A DNA stretch of 64,000 bases. Source: Candidatus Levyibacteriota bacterium. GTDB taxonomy: Bacteria > Patescibacteriota > Microgenomatia > Levybacterales > UBA12049. Shown in pieces: positions 39,632 to 48,286 of the stretch. Under the pieces are notes generated by a model. The model was not told where the DNA came from. It saw nothing but the letters and a program-made list of their open reading frames with translations, and made no database searches. The stretch spans positions 848,112 to 912,111 of the forward strand of contig PLZJ01000002.1 of the NCBI GenBank assembly GCA_003152105.1, written 5' to 3'. Made by a program: the position numbers and the translations under genes. Position 1 is the first letter of the stretch; the number at the start of each line of letters is the position of its first letter.

Positions 39632-39800
39632 GTTTAAAGTAGTTTTTAATAATTGAGCAGATGCTAAGCAATACAAAGTCCACTTTCATGTATCACTCCA
39701 CACCTGCTTCTAGGACAGTATCAAAGTTGTGCAGACTATATCACTAACTCTAAGGCTTTGCAATAGGGAAAATACTTAGCTAACTTGATATAATACGACC

Positions 39801-41570
39801 ATGCAAATTAACAAGTTTAATGAATTAATTGAGGAGATTGAACGCAGTTCGTTTTCCGTAAAATACGATTTCGAAATAGCTAATTTGTTCAATAATCTAA
39901 TTGAAAAATACCCAACAAATTTTACTCCTGAGCAAATACAACAATTAAAATGGGAGTTCCTTCTGTTTCGTCTTATGACAAAAAATAGCTTTGCTGCTGA
40001 CGGACTTCGTACTGATCGTTTTGTTCCTATGGCAACTTACAATAATGGAGCTATTTTCCCTGATCCAAACTCTTTTTCTGATGAGGCATTGGTATATTTT
40101 GAAAAGAGAGCGAAAGATTCTAAGAATCCTATTTTAACAACTCGGTATCTTGATTTTCTCTGGGAAAAATCAAAATCAAAGAAGAAGCACATTTTTGCTA
40201 TTGAAGCTATTGAACAATACCTATTAACAGTGGATGCTTATGACAATGAAGATGTTGTTTTTGAAAAACTAGATGGACTTCAGAGAGCAACTGAACTATG
40301 TCTTATTCTTGAAGGTAAATCAAAAAAGAAACCTCTAACTGAAAAGTTAGTAATTAGGCTCAATGAACAAATAAATGTAACAAATGAAAAAAAGAATTTC
40401 CGTTGGTTTCTGGAAATGTTTGAACTAGTAATTGCATTAAAACAGTTTTATACAGAAAAACAAATCAAAGAATTTATAAAGTTATGCGAAGAAAGCGCAA
40501 GACAATATCATAAAGATCAGAATTTTCATCTCCAAAGGTCATTTTTAGAGTTGAAATCTAAACTAGGAAAACTACTTAGATCATCAGATGCTATTAAAAA
40601 TGATGTTGATGAGCAAATAGGACTGTCTTTAATAGCTGAAGCTGAAGCAAAATCAGGAAGCGGTTTAGTTAAGGCTCACTTCCTGCAAGAAGCAGTTGAG
40701 CATTATAGAAAACTCGGTAATAAGAAAAAGGTAGAAGAACTCATAACTCAAATAAAAGAGGCCACTGGCCAGGCTATAAAAAATAAAGAATTTAAACACT
40801 TCTCCTCAACAGTTGAATTAAAAAAAGAGGATGCAGAGTCTATGAAAAAAAGCTTAGGAACTGGAAAGGACGTACCCCAAAACATGGGAACACCTCCCAA
40901 TTTTTTTCCGAACTGGAATCATGCAATCAAACTAACTGAAGACCTAAGTAAAAAATATGTCGTCTCACATTTGTTTCCAATAGTGCATTATGGAGAAAAG
41001 TATCCAGTCGGAAAACCTCAAACCTCAGAGGAAATCCACGAAGATCAAGTAATGCAGAATTTCAAGATTTCTGCGCAGCTTGCAATACACTGGCTTACAA
41101 AATTCTTATCAGAGCTTATTGAGGAAAAGAAAGTTAACATAGAAGACTTCAAGGATTTTTTTGCATTATTGAAAGAAATAGACAATGATACATATGAGAC
41201 TGTTTTAGAGGGACTTGATTCATACTTTGATGATGACCATTTTCGTGCAACAACTATTCTTGCACCACAATTAGAAGATATCCTTAGAAAATTACTTGCT
41301 GTATTTGGTGGACAGACTACAAAAGCTAATACCACAGCTTTCGAGGAAAAAACACTTGGAACGGTTCTATCAGAATTAAAACCAGCAATATCAGAACCTA
41401 TATATTACTACATTAGCTGGGTTATGAAAGATTACCGTGGACTCAATCTAAGAAATAATGTTGCTCATGGCTTTTTTAAAAAAAGACAAGGAAGTCCGTT
41501 CTATTCAACTGCTCTTCTTCATATATTTTGTCTGCTGATTGCTAATACAAAGGTATCTGTCAAAAAATAA
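39801..41570 (+). CDS. Large alpha-helical protein with C-terminal HEPN-like R-x4-H motif (Abi-like candidate)
   Basis: 589 aa. C-terminal LRNNVAHGFF fits the HEPN Rx4-6H signature. Otherwise predicted helical with no other motifs. Confidence 0.4.
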   Translation: MQINKFNELIEEIERSSFSVKYDFEIANLFNNLIEKYPTNFTPEQIQQLKWEFLLFRLMTKNSFAADGLRTDRFVPMATYNNGAIFPDPNSFSDEALVYFEKRAKDSKNPILTTRYLDFLWEKSKSKKKHIFAIEAIEQYLLTVDAYDNEDVVFEKLDGLQRATELCLILEGKSKKKPLTEKLVIRLNEQINVTNEKKNFRWFLEMFELVIALKQFYTEKQIKEFIKLCEESARQYHKDQNFHLQRSFLELKSKLGKLLRSSDAIKNDVDEQIGLSLIAEAEAKSGSGLVKAHFLQEAVEHYRKLGNKKKVEELITQIKEATGQAIKNKEFKHFSSTVELKKEDAESMKKSLGTGKDVPQNMGTPPNFFPNWNHAIKLTEDLSKKYVVSHLFPIVHYGEKYPVGKPQTSEEIHEDQVMQNFKISAQLAIHWLTKFLSELIEEKKVNIEDFKDFFALLKEIDNDTYETVLEGLDSYFDDDHFRATTILAPQLEDILRKLLAVFGGQTTKANTTAFEEKTLGTVLSELKPAISEPIYYYISWVMKDYRGLNLRNNVAHGFFKKRQGSPFYSTALLHIFCLLIANTKVSVKK

Positions 41571-41636
41571 TTATGAATTGCATGATAAGTTTGATGTTAT
41601 AATTAACTAGATTACAAGTGTTACAAATTAACAATA

Positions 41637-43211
41637 ATGAAAATTTCTTCCTTATTTCAATCAAAAAAACCAGTAGTCACTGAAAAAGTAGAGCCAATCC
41701 AAAAAGAATTTGTTCAAGTCGAACAAGTTTCCCCTCAAGTAAATAAAGAATCGCAGCTTAGAACGGAAAAATTAGTCTCTGATGCATCAAAACCTAGGGG
41801 AGGTGTATGGAAATATCCACCATTATCATTATTGAGTGATGAAGAAGCTAAACCAACTACACTCACAACAGATGTTAAAAATTATGCGAGAATCATTGAA
41901 TTAACTGCAGAAGTTTTTGGTTTAGATTCAAAAGTAATTGAACTAAATATAAATAGGTTTACAATACAGTTCTTGTTAGAAATGTCAGATATTAAGGAAG
42001 CATCAAAATATATTTCTTTAACAAATGAGTTTGCATATGCTTTAAATTTTCAATCTGAAAAGGTACAAGTTTATGAAGTAATTGAGGAAAAGACAAATTT
42101 AATAGCTGTTGAGTTACAAATAGGTAGCATTACATCTCCTTCATTAAAAACAGTATTATCATCTACTGTAAGTCAAAAAAGTAAATCTAAACTTACTGTA
42201 TTTTTAGGATTAGACAAAAATGCTCATATATTTGCTGCTGATATTAAACTTATGCCCCATATGTTAATAACTAGTATGGTAAATGATAGCATTACTAATT
42301 TTTTTAATTCAATAATTATGTCACTTCTATTTAGAGCATCACCAGCTGAAGTAAAGTTGGTTCTAATTGATACAAAACGCGTAGAACTTAATTCATTTAA
42401 TGGAATTCCCCACTTAATGACTCCAGTTATTGTAGAACCTGAAAAGGTGCTTTCGGCACTTAAATGGTCTATGGGAGAGATGGATAGACGCTTTAAGGCC
42501 TTCTCCGAGAATGGAATAAGAAATATTGAAGAATATAACGAACTAAATGGTTATCAGGCCTTACCATATATTTTAATCATGATAAATGAATTTGCTGAAA
42601 TGGCTGCATATGCACCTATTGAATTAGAGGATGCTTTAATAAGAATTGCAAAAATGGGACATTCTACAGGCGTTCATTTAATTATTGCTACACAAAATCC
42701 CCATAACAAAATTTTTAATAAACTTCTGCAAGCACCAATTTCTGTTAAAGTAGTAGTCAATAAGTCTTCTCAAGATAATAATTCAGTTAATAATTATGAA
42801 TTAGTCTATTCAGATTTAGTACATTCAAAACCAGTATTTATATTTAATACATCAGTTAAAGAAAGCGAGATTAAAATGCTTATTGAATTTTTAAGAATGC
42901 AAGGTAGTCCAGTTGAATATACAGAAGAAGTTTTAACAAAACCGGTAGTTGCAAGAAAAGATAATGGAAATACCTCGGTAAGCAGTAGAGATGCACTTTT
43001 TGAAAATGCTGTTAGAGTAGTTTGTCAGCATGACCGAGCTTCTGCATCTCTTTTACAAAGAAGACTTCAGGTTGGATATTCAAGAGCAGCCAAAATTTTA
43101 GATGAACTTGAAGAAGCAGGAATTGTTGGTCCGGGAGACGGAGCAAAACCACGAGATGTATTAACTCAAAATGCAGAAGCTAAAATAGCACAACTAAATA
43201 AAAATGAATAA
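41637..43211 (+). CDS. FtsK/SpoIIIE-like protein with degenerate ATPase motifs and an intact gamma (wHTH) domain
   Basis: Aligns along FtsK alpha/beta/gamma. Walker A replaced by ITSMVNDSIT. Walker B DE becomes NE (LIMINEFAEM). Arginine finger ATQRP becomes ATQNP. Gamma domain SASLLQRRLQVGYSRAAKILDELEEAGIVGP is conserved. Confidence 0.8.
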   Translation: MKISSLFQSKKPVVTEKVEPIQKEFVQVEQVSPQVNKESQLRTEKLVSDASKPRGGVWKYPPLSLLSDEEAKPTTLTTDVKNYARIIELTAEVFGLDSKVIELNINRFTIQFLLEMSDIKEASKYISLTNEFAYALNFQSEKVQVYEVIEEKTNLIAVELQIGSITSPSLKTVLSSTVSQKSKSKLTVFLGLDKNAHIFAADIKLMPHMLITSMVNDSITNFFNSIIMSLLFRASPAEVKLVLIDTKRVELNSFNGIPHLMTPVIVEPEKVLSALKWSMGEMDRRFKAFSENGIRNIEEYNELNGYQALPYILIMINEFAEMAAYAPIELEDALIRIAKMGHSTGVHLIIATQNPHNKIFNKLLQAPISVKVVVNKSSQDNNSVNNYELVYSDLVHSKPVFIFNTSVKESEIKMLIEFLRMQGSPVEYTEEVLTKPVVARKDNGNTSVSSRDALFENAVRVVCQHDRASASLLQRRLQVGYSRAAKILDELEEAGIVGPGDGAKPRDVLTQNAEAKIAQLNKNE

Positions 43212-43383
43212 ATTAAATCAATCTGTAAAAATAGATTATTGTGAGAAATGCGAAAAAGATACAGAGATGTATAAGGAAGTAGCAAATAATATTATTGATG
43301 AAACCGTACTTGCTTATGACTATCCAAACACAACAAGTATAACCTTAACTTGCAAAGTATGCGGTACTGTAAGGTGGGAATAA
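43205..43383 (+). CDS. Small zinc-ribbon protein (CxxC...CxxC)
   Basis: 59-aa ORF MNKLNQSVKIDYCEKCEKD...LTCKVCGTVRWE. Its ATG overlaps the FtsK-like stop and it ends 5 nt before the Mrr-like gene. Below the size cutoff of the ORF track. Confidence 0.35.
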
Positions 43384-43387
43384 ATAA

Positions 43388-44140
43388 ATGACTAAAATAA
43401 TAATTACTGAAAACACTGAACTTCAGAAAATTGTAAATGATTATCAAAATTACATAGAAAAATTTTGTGAACTTTCAGAAAGAAGTGCATCCTATCTTGA
43501 TGAGTGGGGAGATGAAAATCTTGATTCCTTATCTCAATATAAAAAGGAGTGTGTTATTAGAATTGCAAGAAAAGTATACGATAATGAACGGTTCACACCT
43601 ATTAAAGCCAAACTTGATTATCTTATAAACTGCTGGTTTGATATTGATAATCAGAATGAATTAAAAATAATAGTTAACACAAAAGCCCCATCATGGGTAC
43701 AAAGCTTATTTAATGATTATTTGCCTCAAGAGTTTAGTGAGTATCACAAAAAAAGAAAAGAAAATCCGCAAGATCTTGTACCAGATTTAAATAAAATGAC
43801 TGGCGTAGAATTTGAAAATTATGTTGCAAATTTGCTCAAGCAGATTGGATATAATGTTTCAGGAACCTCAGCAACTGGAGATCAAGGTGCAGACTTGATT
43901 GCCACTAAAAACGATAAAATTTATGTAATACAAGTTAAAAGATATTCAGGAACTGTAGGTAATAAGGCAATACAAGAAGTAGTAGCTGCAAAGAAATATT
44001 ATAATGGAGATGTTGCAGCTGTAGCCACAAATTCATCTTTTACTCCATCAGCAGTTAAACTAGCAAAAATTAACAATGTCATTCTATTACCTGAATCATC
44101 TTTTCAGTCTATTGATGCCTTTTTAAATAATAAATTTTAA
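43388..44140 (+). CDS. Mrr-like restriction endonuclease domain protein (Mrr_cat C-terminal domain)
   Basis: C-terminal GVEFENYVANLLKQIGYNV...GDQGADLIA...IYVIQVKRYSG matches the Mrr_cat PD-(D/E)xK fold. Confidence 0.7.
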   Translation: MTKIIITENTELQKIVNDYQNYIEKFCELSERSASYLDEWGDENLDSLSQYKKECVIRIARKVYDNERFTPIKAKLDYLINCWFDIDNQNELKIIVNTKAPSWVQSLFNDYLPQEFSEYHKKRKENPQDLVPDLNKMTGVEFENYVANLLKQIGYNVSGTSATGDQGADLIATKNDKIYVIQVKRYSGTVGNKAIQEVVAAKKYYNGDVAAVATNSSFTPSAVKLAKINNVILLPESSFQSIDAFLNNKF

Positions 44141-44161
44141 ACAGTTCTACTTGAAATATGG

Positions 44162-45412
44162 TTAGTCGTACAAATCTTTCAATTCCTTCACATTTCCCCC
44201 AAAAGCAACTCGGTCAAGGATAAGATCATTCATTCCCATCATAAGAGCGGGAGTAATAACAAATTCTCCATATCTGTCATTAATATTATCAATAGCTAGT
44301 GCAGCTTTCCTTTTTTTCCCCTCATCAAGGTCAAAAAGAGATGGTTGTGATTTTCCGGATGGAGTAAATGCATAACAGGTGACGCTAAGTTTAGAAACTG
44401 GTTTAAGTTCTGGTTGCTGGTTAAAAACAAGTTGCACTCGCTCATATAGTTCAGTTGTTGTAAACATTTCCATATCTTGCAGTCTGCCTCTGTGCCAATG
44501 CGACCAATCTGAGTAAACGCAGGAAACATGTACACCATGTGCAGTCCATCCCTGACTTCGAAGTCGTCTTCCCATTTTTTCTGTTAATTTCATAAGTAGC
44601 ATTGAAAGCATGCGTTTATCTGTTGTTGCTTTTGGGAGCGCATATTGTTGCCCAATACTTTTTGTCTGAAATTCTACCTCATCAACTTCGTACCCTCTTA
44701 TTCGGTAATACCAATCTCTACCGCATTTACTTCGAAATACTTGTTTCTCAAGAAGATCTACTGGAGCGTTGAGAAAATCTATCGGTGTAAAAATACCATG
44801 CGCATTAAGCCTTGCTTCAAACCTGGTATTAATTCCATTGAGGTCAACAAGCGTGACGATTTTATATACATCAAGTAAATTCTCATGTGTTATGACATCT
44901 AGTCCGTCCGGTTTATGAAGTGAAGCAGCAAGTTTTGCAAGAAATCTGTTTGTTCCTATTCCTATATTGCAACTCATCCATTCTCCAATTTCTTCTCGTA
45001 TCCTTTGCTTTATTTCCTTCCCTATTGCAATCAGATCTGGTCTAAGTCTTTGAACGCTTTCCAAATTAACAACTACTTCATCAATTGATTTTGGAGTAAC
45101 ATCCGGTGAATACTCTCTAAATATTTTGTTAAATTTTGTATATACATCCCGGTAGAGTGTAGGAGTTGGTGTATGGACGTTAACTTGAGGATAAAGTAGT
45201 TTTGCCTCTCTTACAGACATTCCTGTTTTAATACCATATCGCTTGGCTTCAATACTTGGTGCAACAACGCAACCGGCAGGAGAATCGTAAGCCGCAATAA
45301 CAAGTGGCTTTCCCCTGTAATGAGGATTAGCCTGTTGTTCACATGTTGCAAAACAAGAGTTTAAATCGACATGCATAACAAGTGGAGTATTTCGGTTGAT
45401 TGGTAAATCCAT
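44162..45412 (-). CDS. umuC: Y-family DNA polymerase (UmuC/UvrX-like, error-prone)
   Basis: N-terminal MHVDLNSCFATCEQ and overall Y-family pattern. Confidence 0.85.
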   Translation of the reverse strand: MDLPINRNTPLVMHVDLNSCFATCEQQANPHYRGKPLVIAAYDSPAGCVVAPSIEAKRYGIKTGMSVREAKLLYPQVNVHTPTPTLYRDVYTKFNKIFREYSPDVTPKSIDEVVVNLESVQRLRPDLIAIGKEIKQRIREEIGEWMSCNIGIGTNRFLAKLAASLHKPDGLDVITHENLLDVYKIVTLVDLNGINTRFEARLNAHGIFTPIDFLNAPVDLLEKQVFRSKCGRDWYYRIRGYEVDEVEFQTKSIGQQYALPKATTDKRMLSMLLMKLTEKMGRRLRSQGWTAHGVHVSCVYSDWSHWHRGRLQDMEMFTTTELYERVQLVFNQQPELKPVSKLSVTCYAFTPSGKSQPSLFDLDEGKKRKAALAIDNINDRYGEFVITPALMMGMNDLILDRVAFGGNVKELKDLYD

Positions 45413-45413
45413 A

Positions 45414-45674
45414 TTAATTACTTATCCCATCTGAAACTTCTTCTAAATTCCAAGAAAGATTAAATGTGTCAAAGCGAAGTCTAAAATAAAACTTGTTTGA
45501 ACTTACGTGAAAGAGATGATGCACTGTTCCGCCTACTTTTTCTCTATGTACGTAAGCTAGTTTTTCAATCTTGTAATCTTTTCCATTCCAGCGAATACGA
45601 GCCGGGAATAATTTATCTCCCATCTTTTTAAACACACCAATGACTTCAACTTTTTCATTGATTTTCTCAAGCAT
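45414..45674 (-). CDS. yolD: YolD-like protein (UmuD-analogous accessory of Gram-positive Y-family polymerases)
   Basis: 86 aa immediately upstream of the Y-family polymerase gene, with YolD-like size and pattern. Confidence 0.5.
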   Translation of the reverse strand: MLEKINEKVEVIGVFKKMGDKLFPARIRWNGKDYKIEKLAYVHREKVGGTVHHLFHVSSNKFYFRLRFDTFNLSWNLEEVSDGISN

Positions 45675-45684
45675 AGAATATCTC

Positions 45685-46260
45685 CTATCGGTATCTTCTG
45701 AGTGATGAAACTACCACACCGCCAATAGTTAGCGAATATTTTGGTTCAATTGGCTGATATTTTGGATTAGCAGGAATAAGCCTTACTTTTCCGTTTTTCA
45801 ATTCATAGTATTTAAGTGTCCATTCATTATCAACAAGTGCTGCAACAATATCATTTGTACGAGGTTGTAAATCAAGATCAACTACAACTCGGTCTCCGTC
45901 ATAAAGTCCAGCACCAATCATAGAATCTCCAGACACTGTTAAGATAAAAGAAGAATTTGGGCTATGCACTAAATATGTATCTAAAGAAAGTTCTTCAACT
46001 ACTTCATTTGCAGCATCTTGTGGAAATCCTGCCTTAATCATTCCGTATGAGCGAAGAGTTAACGATAAATTTTTAGGAAGTAATCTTCCGTTTTTATCTT
46101 TTTCAATAATTCCTTCTTTAATTAACTGGTGTGCAAGATAAAACGCAGAACCTTTTGTTTTGTAATGAAACATTTTTCGAAGTTCCTCATAGGAGGGCAT
46201 TCTGTTATGAGTTTTATAAAAGTATCTTAACCTTTCAATTGCTAGTTCTTTTTCTACCAT
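45685..46260 (-). CDS. lexA: LexA-like S24 peptidase repressor
   Basis: N-terminal wHTH. Ala-Gly cleavage site (MIKAGFP). Ser-Lys dyad motifs GDSMIGAG ... NEWTLKYYE. Confidence 0.85.
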   Translation of the reverse strand: MVEKELAIERLRYFYKTHNRMPSYEELRKMFHYKTKGSAFYLAHQLIKEGIIEKDKNGRLLPKNLSLTLRSYGMIKAGFPQDAANEVVEELSLDTYLVHSPNSSFILTVSGDSMIGAGLYDGDRVVVDLDLQPRTNDIVAALVDNEWTLKYYELKNGKVRLIPANPKYQPIEPKYSLTIGGVVVSSLRRYR

Positions 46261-46273
46261 ACTAATTTTTAGT

Positions 46274-46294
46274 TATAATTGAACGATCGTTCAA
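46274..46294. promoter_or_regulatory. Cheo-type SOS box TTGAACGATCGTTCAA with adjacent TATAAT, in the divergent lexA-like/plus-operon promoter region
   Basis: Perfect palindrome GAAC-gatc-GTTC at 46281-46292, 21 nt upstream of the lexA-like start. TATAAT at 46274-46279. Confidence 0.75.
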
Positions 46295-46368
46295 AAGTCA
46301 AGGGATTATACGAATATAAAGCGAACGTAAAATCATGGTTTATAAACTTTAGTGGTATAATTGCAATT

Positions 46369-47121
46369 ATGAAAACTGAAGTTCAGGCTGAAATGGCAGC
46401 AATATTACACGCATATAACTCAAACTATGATGGGGGGGAAGATGATGTTTTGGTTGCAACTCCTGACGATAACACGAAAATTGTTGCTGAGTATATCAGA
46501 ATGAGATTATTGCCGGCAGTGCATAAAGCATCTGAATTTGAAGCCACATTTGATAGCACAGTTATTTGGCCGGAACAAGAATTAGCTGACTATGACAGGG
46601 ATTTAGAAGCTATTAGAGCAATGACAAAAAAACAAAGGGTTAGTTTGGATGATCAATTGCTTGAAATAAGTGGTCGCAAAAGGGATAGAGGTGGAATAAT
46701 GGTGCTAAGATCATCGCATGGCGATCAGGTTGCAGGATTTGCAATTGATTCACATACTTTAAAATCTGCAGAAACACAGGGTTTTGGCCTTCATGCATTG
46801 GCCGCAATGAACCTGAGCGCTGAATTAGATGACCTTGAAGATTATGACAGAGAAACTGTCGGAGTTATATTACGGGGGAATATCTTTTTTGATGTTGAAG
46901 GATTTAAGACCCCCATTGTCCAGTTATTTCTTCCGTGGCCGGTTCAAGATCATTCAGAATTTGATCCTCAGTTTCAACGAGTTGGTTCTCATTTAATTTC
47001 TCAGAGAAGAATGATTCCAGTTGATTATGATTGTAATCTGGTAGACGGGACCTTTTCATTTAATGGAGCTGATAGATATGAAGTTAAACCACTCAAGACA
47101 ATTAAGCAGCTAATTAAATAA
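46369..47121 (+). CDS. Hypothetical protein, SOS-box-proximal
   Basis: Preferred ATG at 46369 (MKTEVQAEMAA...) because the track's TTG start at 46279 lies inside the SOS box. No motifs recognised. Confidence 0.4.
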   Translation: MKTEVQAEMAAILHAYNSNYDGGEDDVLVATPDDNTKIVAEYIRMRLLPAVHKASEFEATFDSTVIWPEQELADYDRDLEAIRAMTKKQRVSLDDQLLEISGRKRDRGGIMVLRSSHGDQVAGFAIDSHTLKSAETQGFGLHALAAMNLSAELDDLEDYDRETVGVILRGNIFFDVEGFKTPIVQLFLPWPVQDHSEFDPQFQRVGSHLISQRRMIPVDYDCNLVDGTFSFNGADRYEVKPLKTIKQLIK

Positions 47122-47153
47122 CACGCGCTGTTTGATATAATAACCCTAACAAT

Positions 47154-47831
47154 ATGTGCGGACGATACGGATTTACCAGTGAAATTGCAGATGTAAAAAC
47201 CAGATTCGATATTGAAAGATGGTTAGATAAAATTTATGATAAGGAAGAACTCTATAATATCGGTCCGGGTACTAGAAATCCAGTAGTAGTCAGACGATCT
47301 CCAAATTCAGGTCTTCTTATGAAATGGGGTTGGACATGGGATGTGCCGTGGATGGAAAAGCCACTATTTATTATTAACGCCAGAAAAGACAAGCTTACTA
47401 CCTCGAAAGCATATAAAAAGCCATTTTTATTTCAGCGTTGTATTATTCCTGCAAATTTCTTTTATGAATGGAAAGCAATAGGTAAAGAGAAATATCCGTA
47501 TCTTTTTAAGTGTAAAGATCAAAAATTATTTGGTTTTGCAGGACTTTACTTTACGGAAAAAGACGCAGAAGGTAAAGAAGCAGAATATTATGTAATCATT
47601 ACAACCGATGCAAATGAAATTATGCAACCAATACATCACCGAATGCCGGTTATTTTGGATAAGGAGGATGAAGACACATGGTTAAACCCTGACAATGTAG
47701 AACAGGAACAGCTTTTGCCCCTACTTAAACAATACTCATCGGACAAAATGGAATGTTACCCTGTTTCGCAAGCAGTTAATTCTACTAGAAATGATAATGG
47801 AGACTTAATAAAACCTATTGATAGTAAATAA
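47154..47831 (+). CDS. SOS response-associated peptidase (SRAP/YedK/HMCES family)
   Basis: Hallmark N-terminal MCGRY (Cys2 nucleophile), SRAP-like length and pattern. Confidence 0.85.
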   Translation: MCGRYGFTSEIADVKTRFDIERWLDKIYDKEELYNIGPGTRNPVVVRRSPNSGLLMKWGWTWDVPWMEKPLFIINARKDKLTTSKAYKKPFLFQRCIIPANFFYEWKAIGKEKYPYLFKCKDQKLFGFAGLYFTEKDAEGKEAEYYVIITTDANEIMQPIHHRMPVILDKEDEDTWLNPDNVEQEQLLPLLKQYSSDKMECYPVSQAVNSTRNDNGDLIKPIDSK

Positions 47832-48279
47832 TATGGCCCGAATTGTTAGAAATTCAACATGGGATGAAGTTAAAAGACACTTAGAAAATATTGATGCAAC
47901 TGGTCTTAATGATGGTTACCCAAGAAACGATCCTTTATTCAATTTATTAAGTTCACTTTTTACCTCCTGGAATTTTTGTGAACTAACCGAAAATGAATTC
48001 AATAGCTTATTGATTCCTCAAGATCCACATATATTACTAAAAGATAAAGACCTAAATGATATTGAAGGTGAAGATAGTAATTTCGTTGTACAAAAATATC
48101 ATAATGATTTAGTAAATGGGGATAGTTTACCTACAATTGTCATTAGAGAAAGATTTCCAAATAATTTAGTTGATTGTTCTTTTTATATAGAGGACGGTGC
48201 TCATAGAGCTTTAGCCTTAAAAAAATTTTATTTAACTAATAGTTATATACCCGTCAATGCTTTTATTGGTTATTTTTAA
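47818..48279 (+). CDS. Hypothetical protein (possible ParB/Srx-like fold)
   Basis: The motif EDGAHRALALKK is reminiscent of ParB-like nuclease domains. This is weak evidence. Confidence 0.3.
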   Translation: MIVNNMARIVRNSTWDEVKRHLENIDATGLNDGYPRNDPLFNLLSSLFTSWNFCELTENEFNSLLIPQDPHILLKDKDLNDIEGEDSNFVVQKYHNDLVNGDSLPTIVIRERFPNNLVDCSFYIEDGAHRALALKKFYLTNSYIPVNAFIGYF

Positions 48280-48286
48280 ACTTAGA

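Noticed and set aside
46279-46368. ORF-track start (TTG at 46279) for the gene downstream of the SOS box
   Set aside because: That TTG is part of the GAACGATCGTTC palindrome and has no RBS. The in-frame ATG at 46369 gives a sensible start downstream of the operator.
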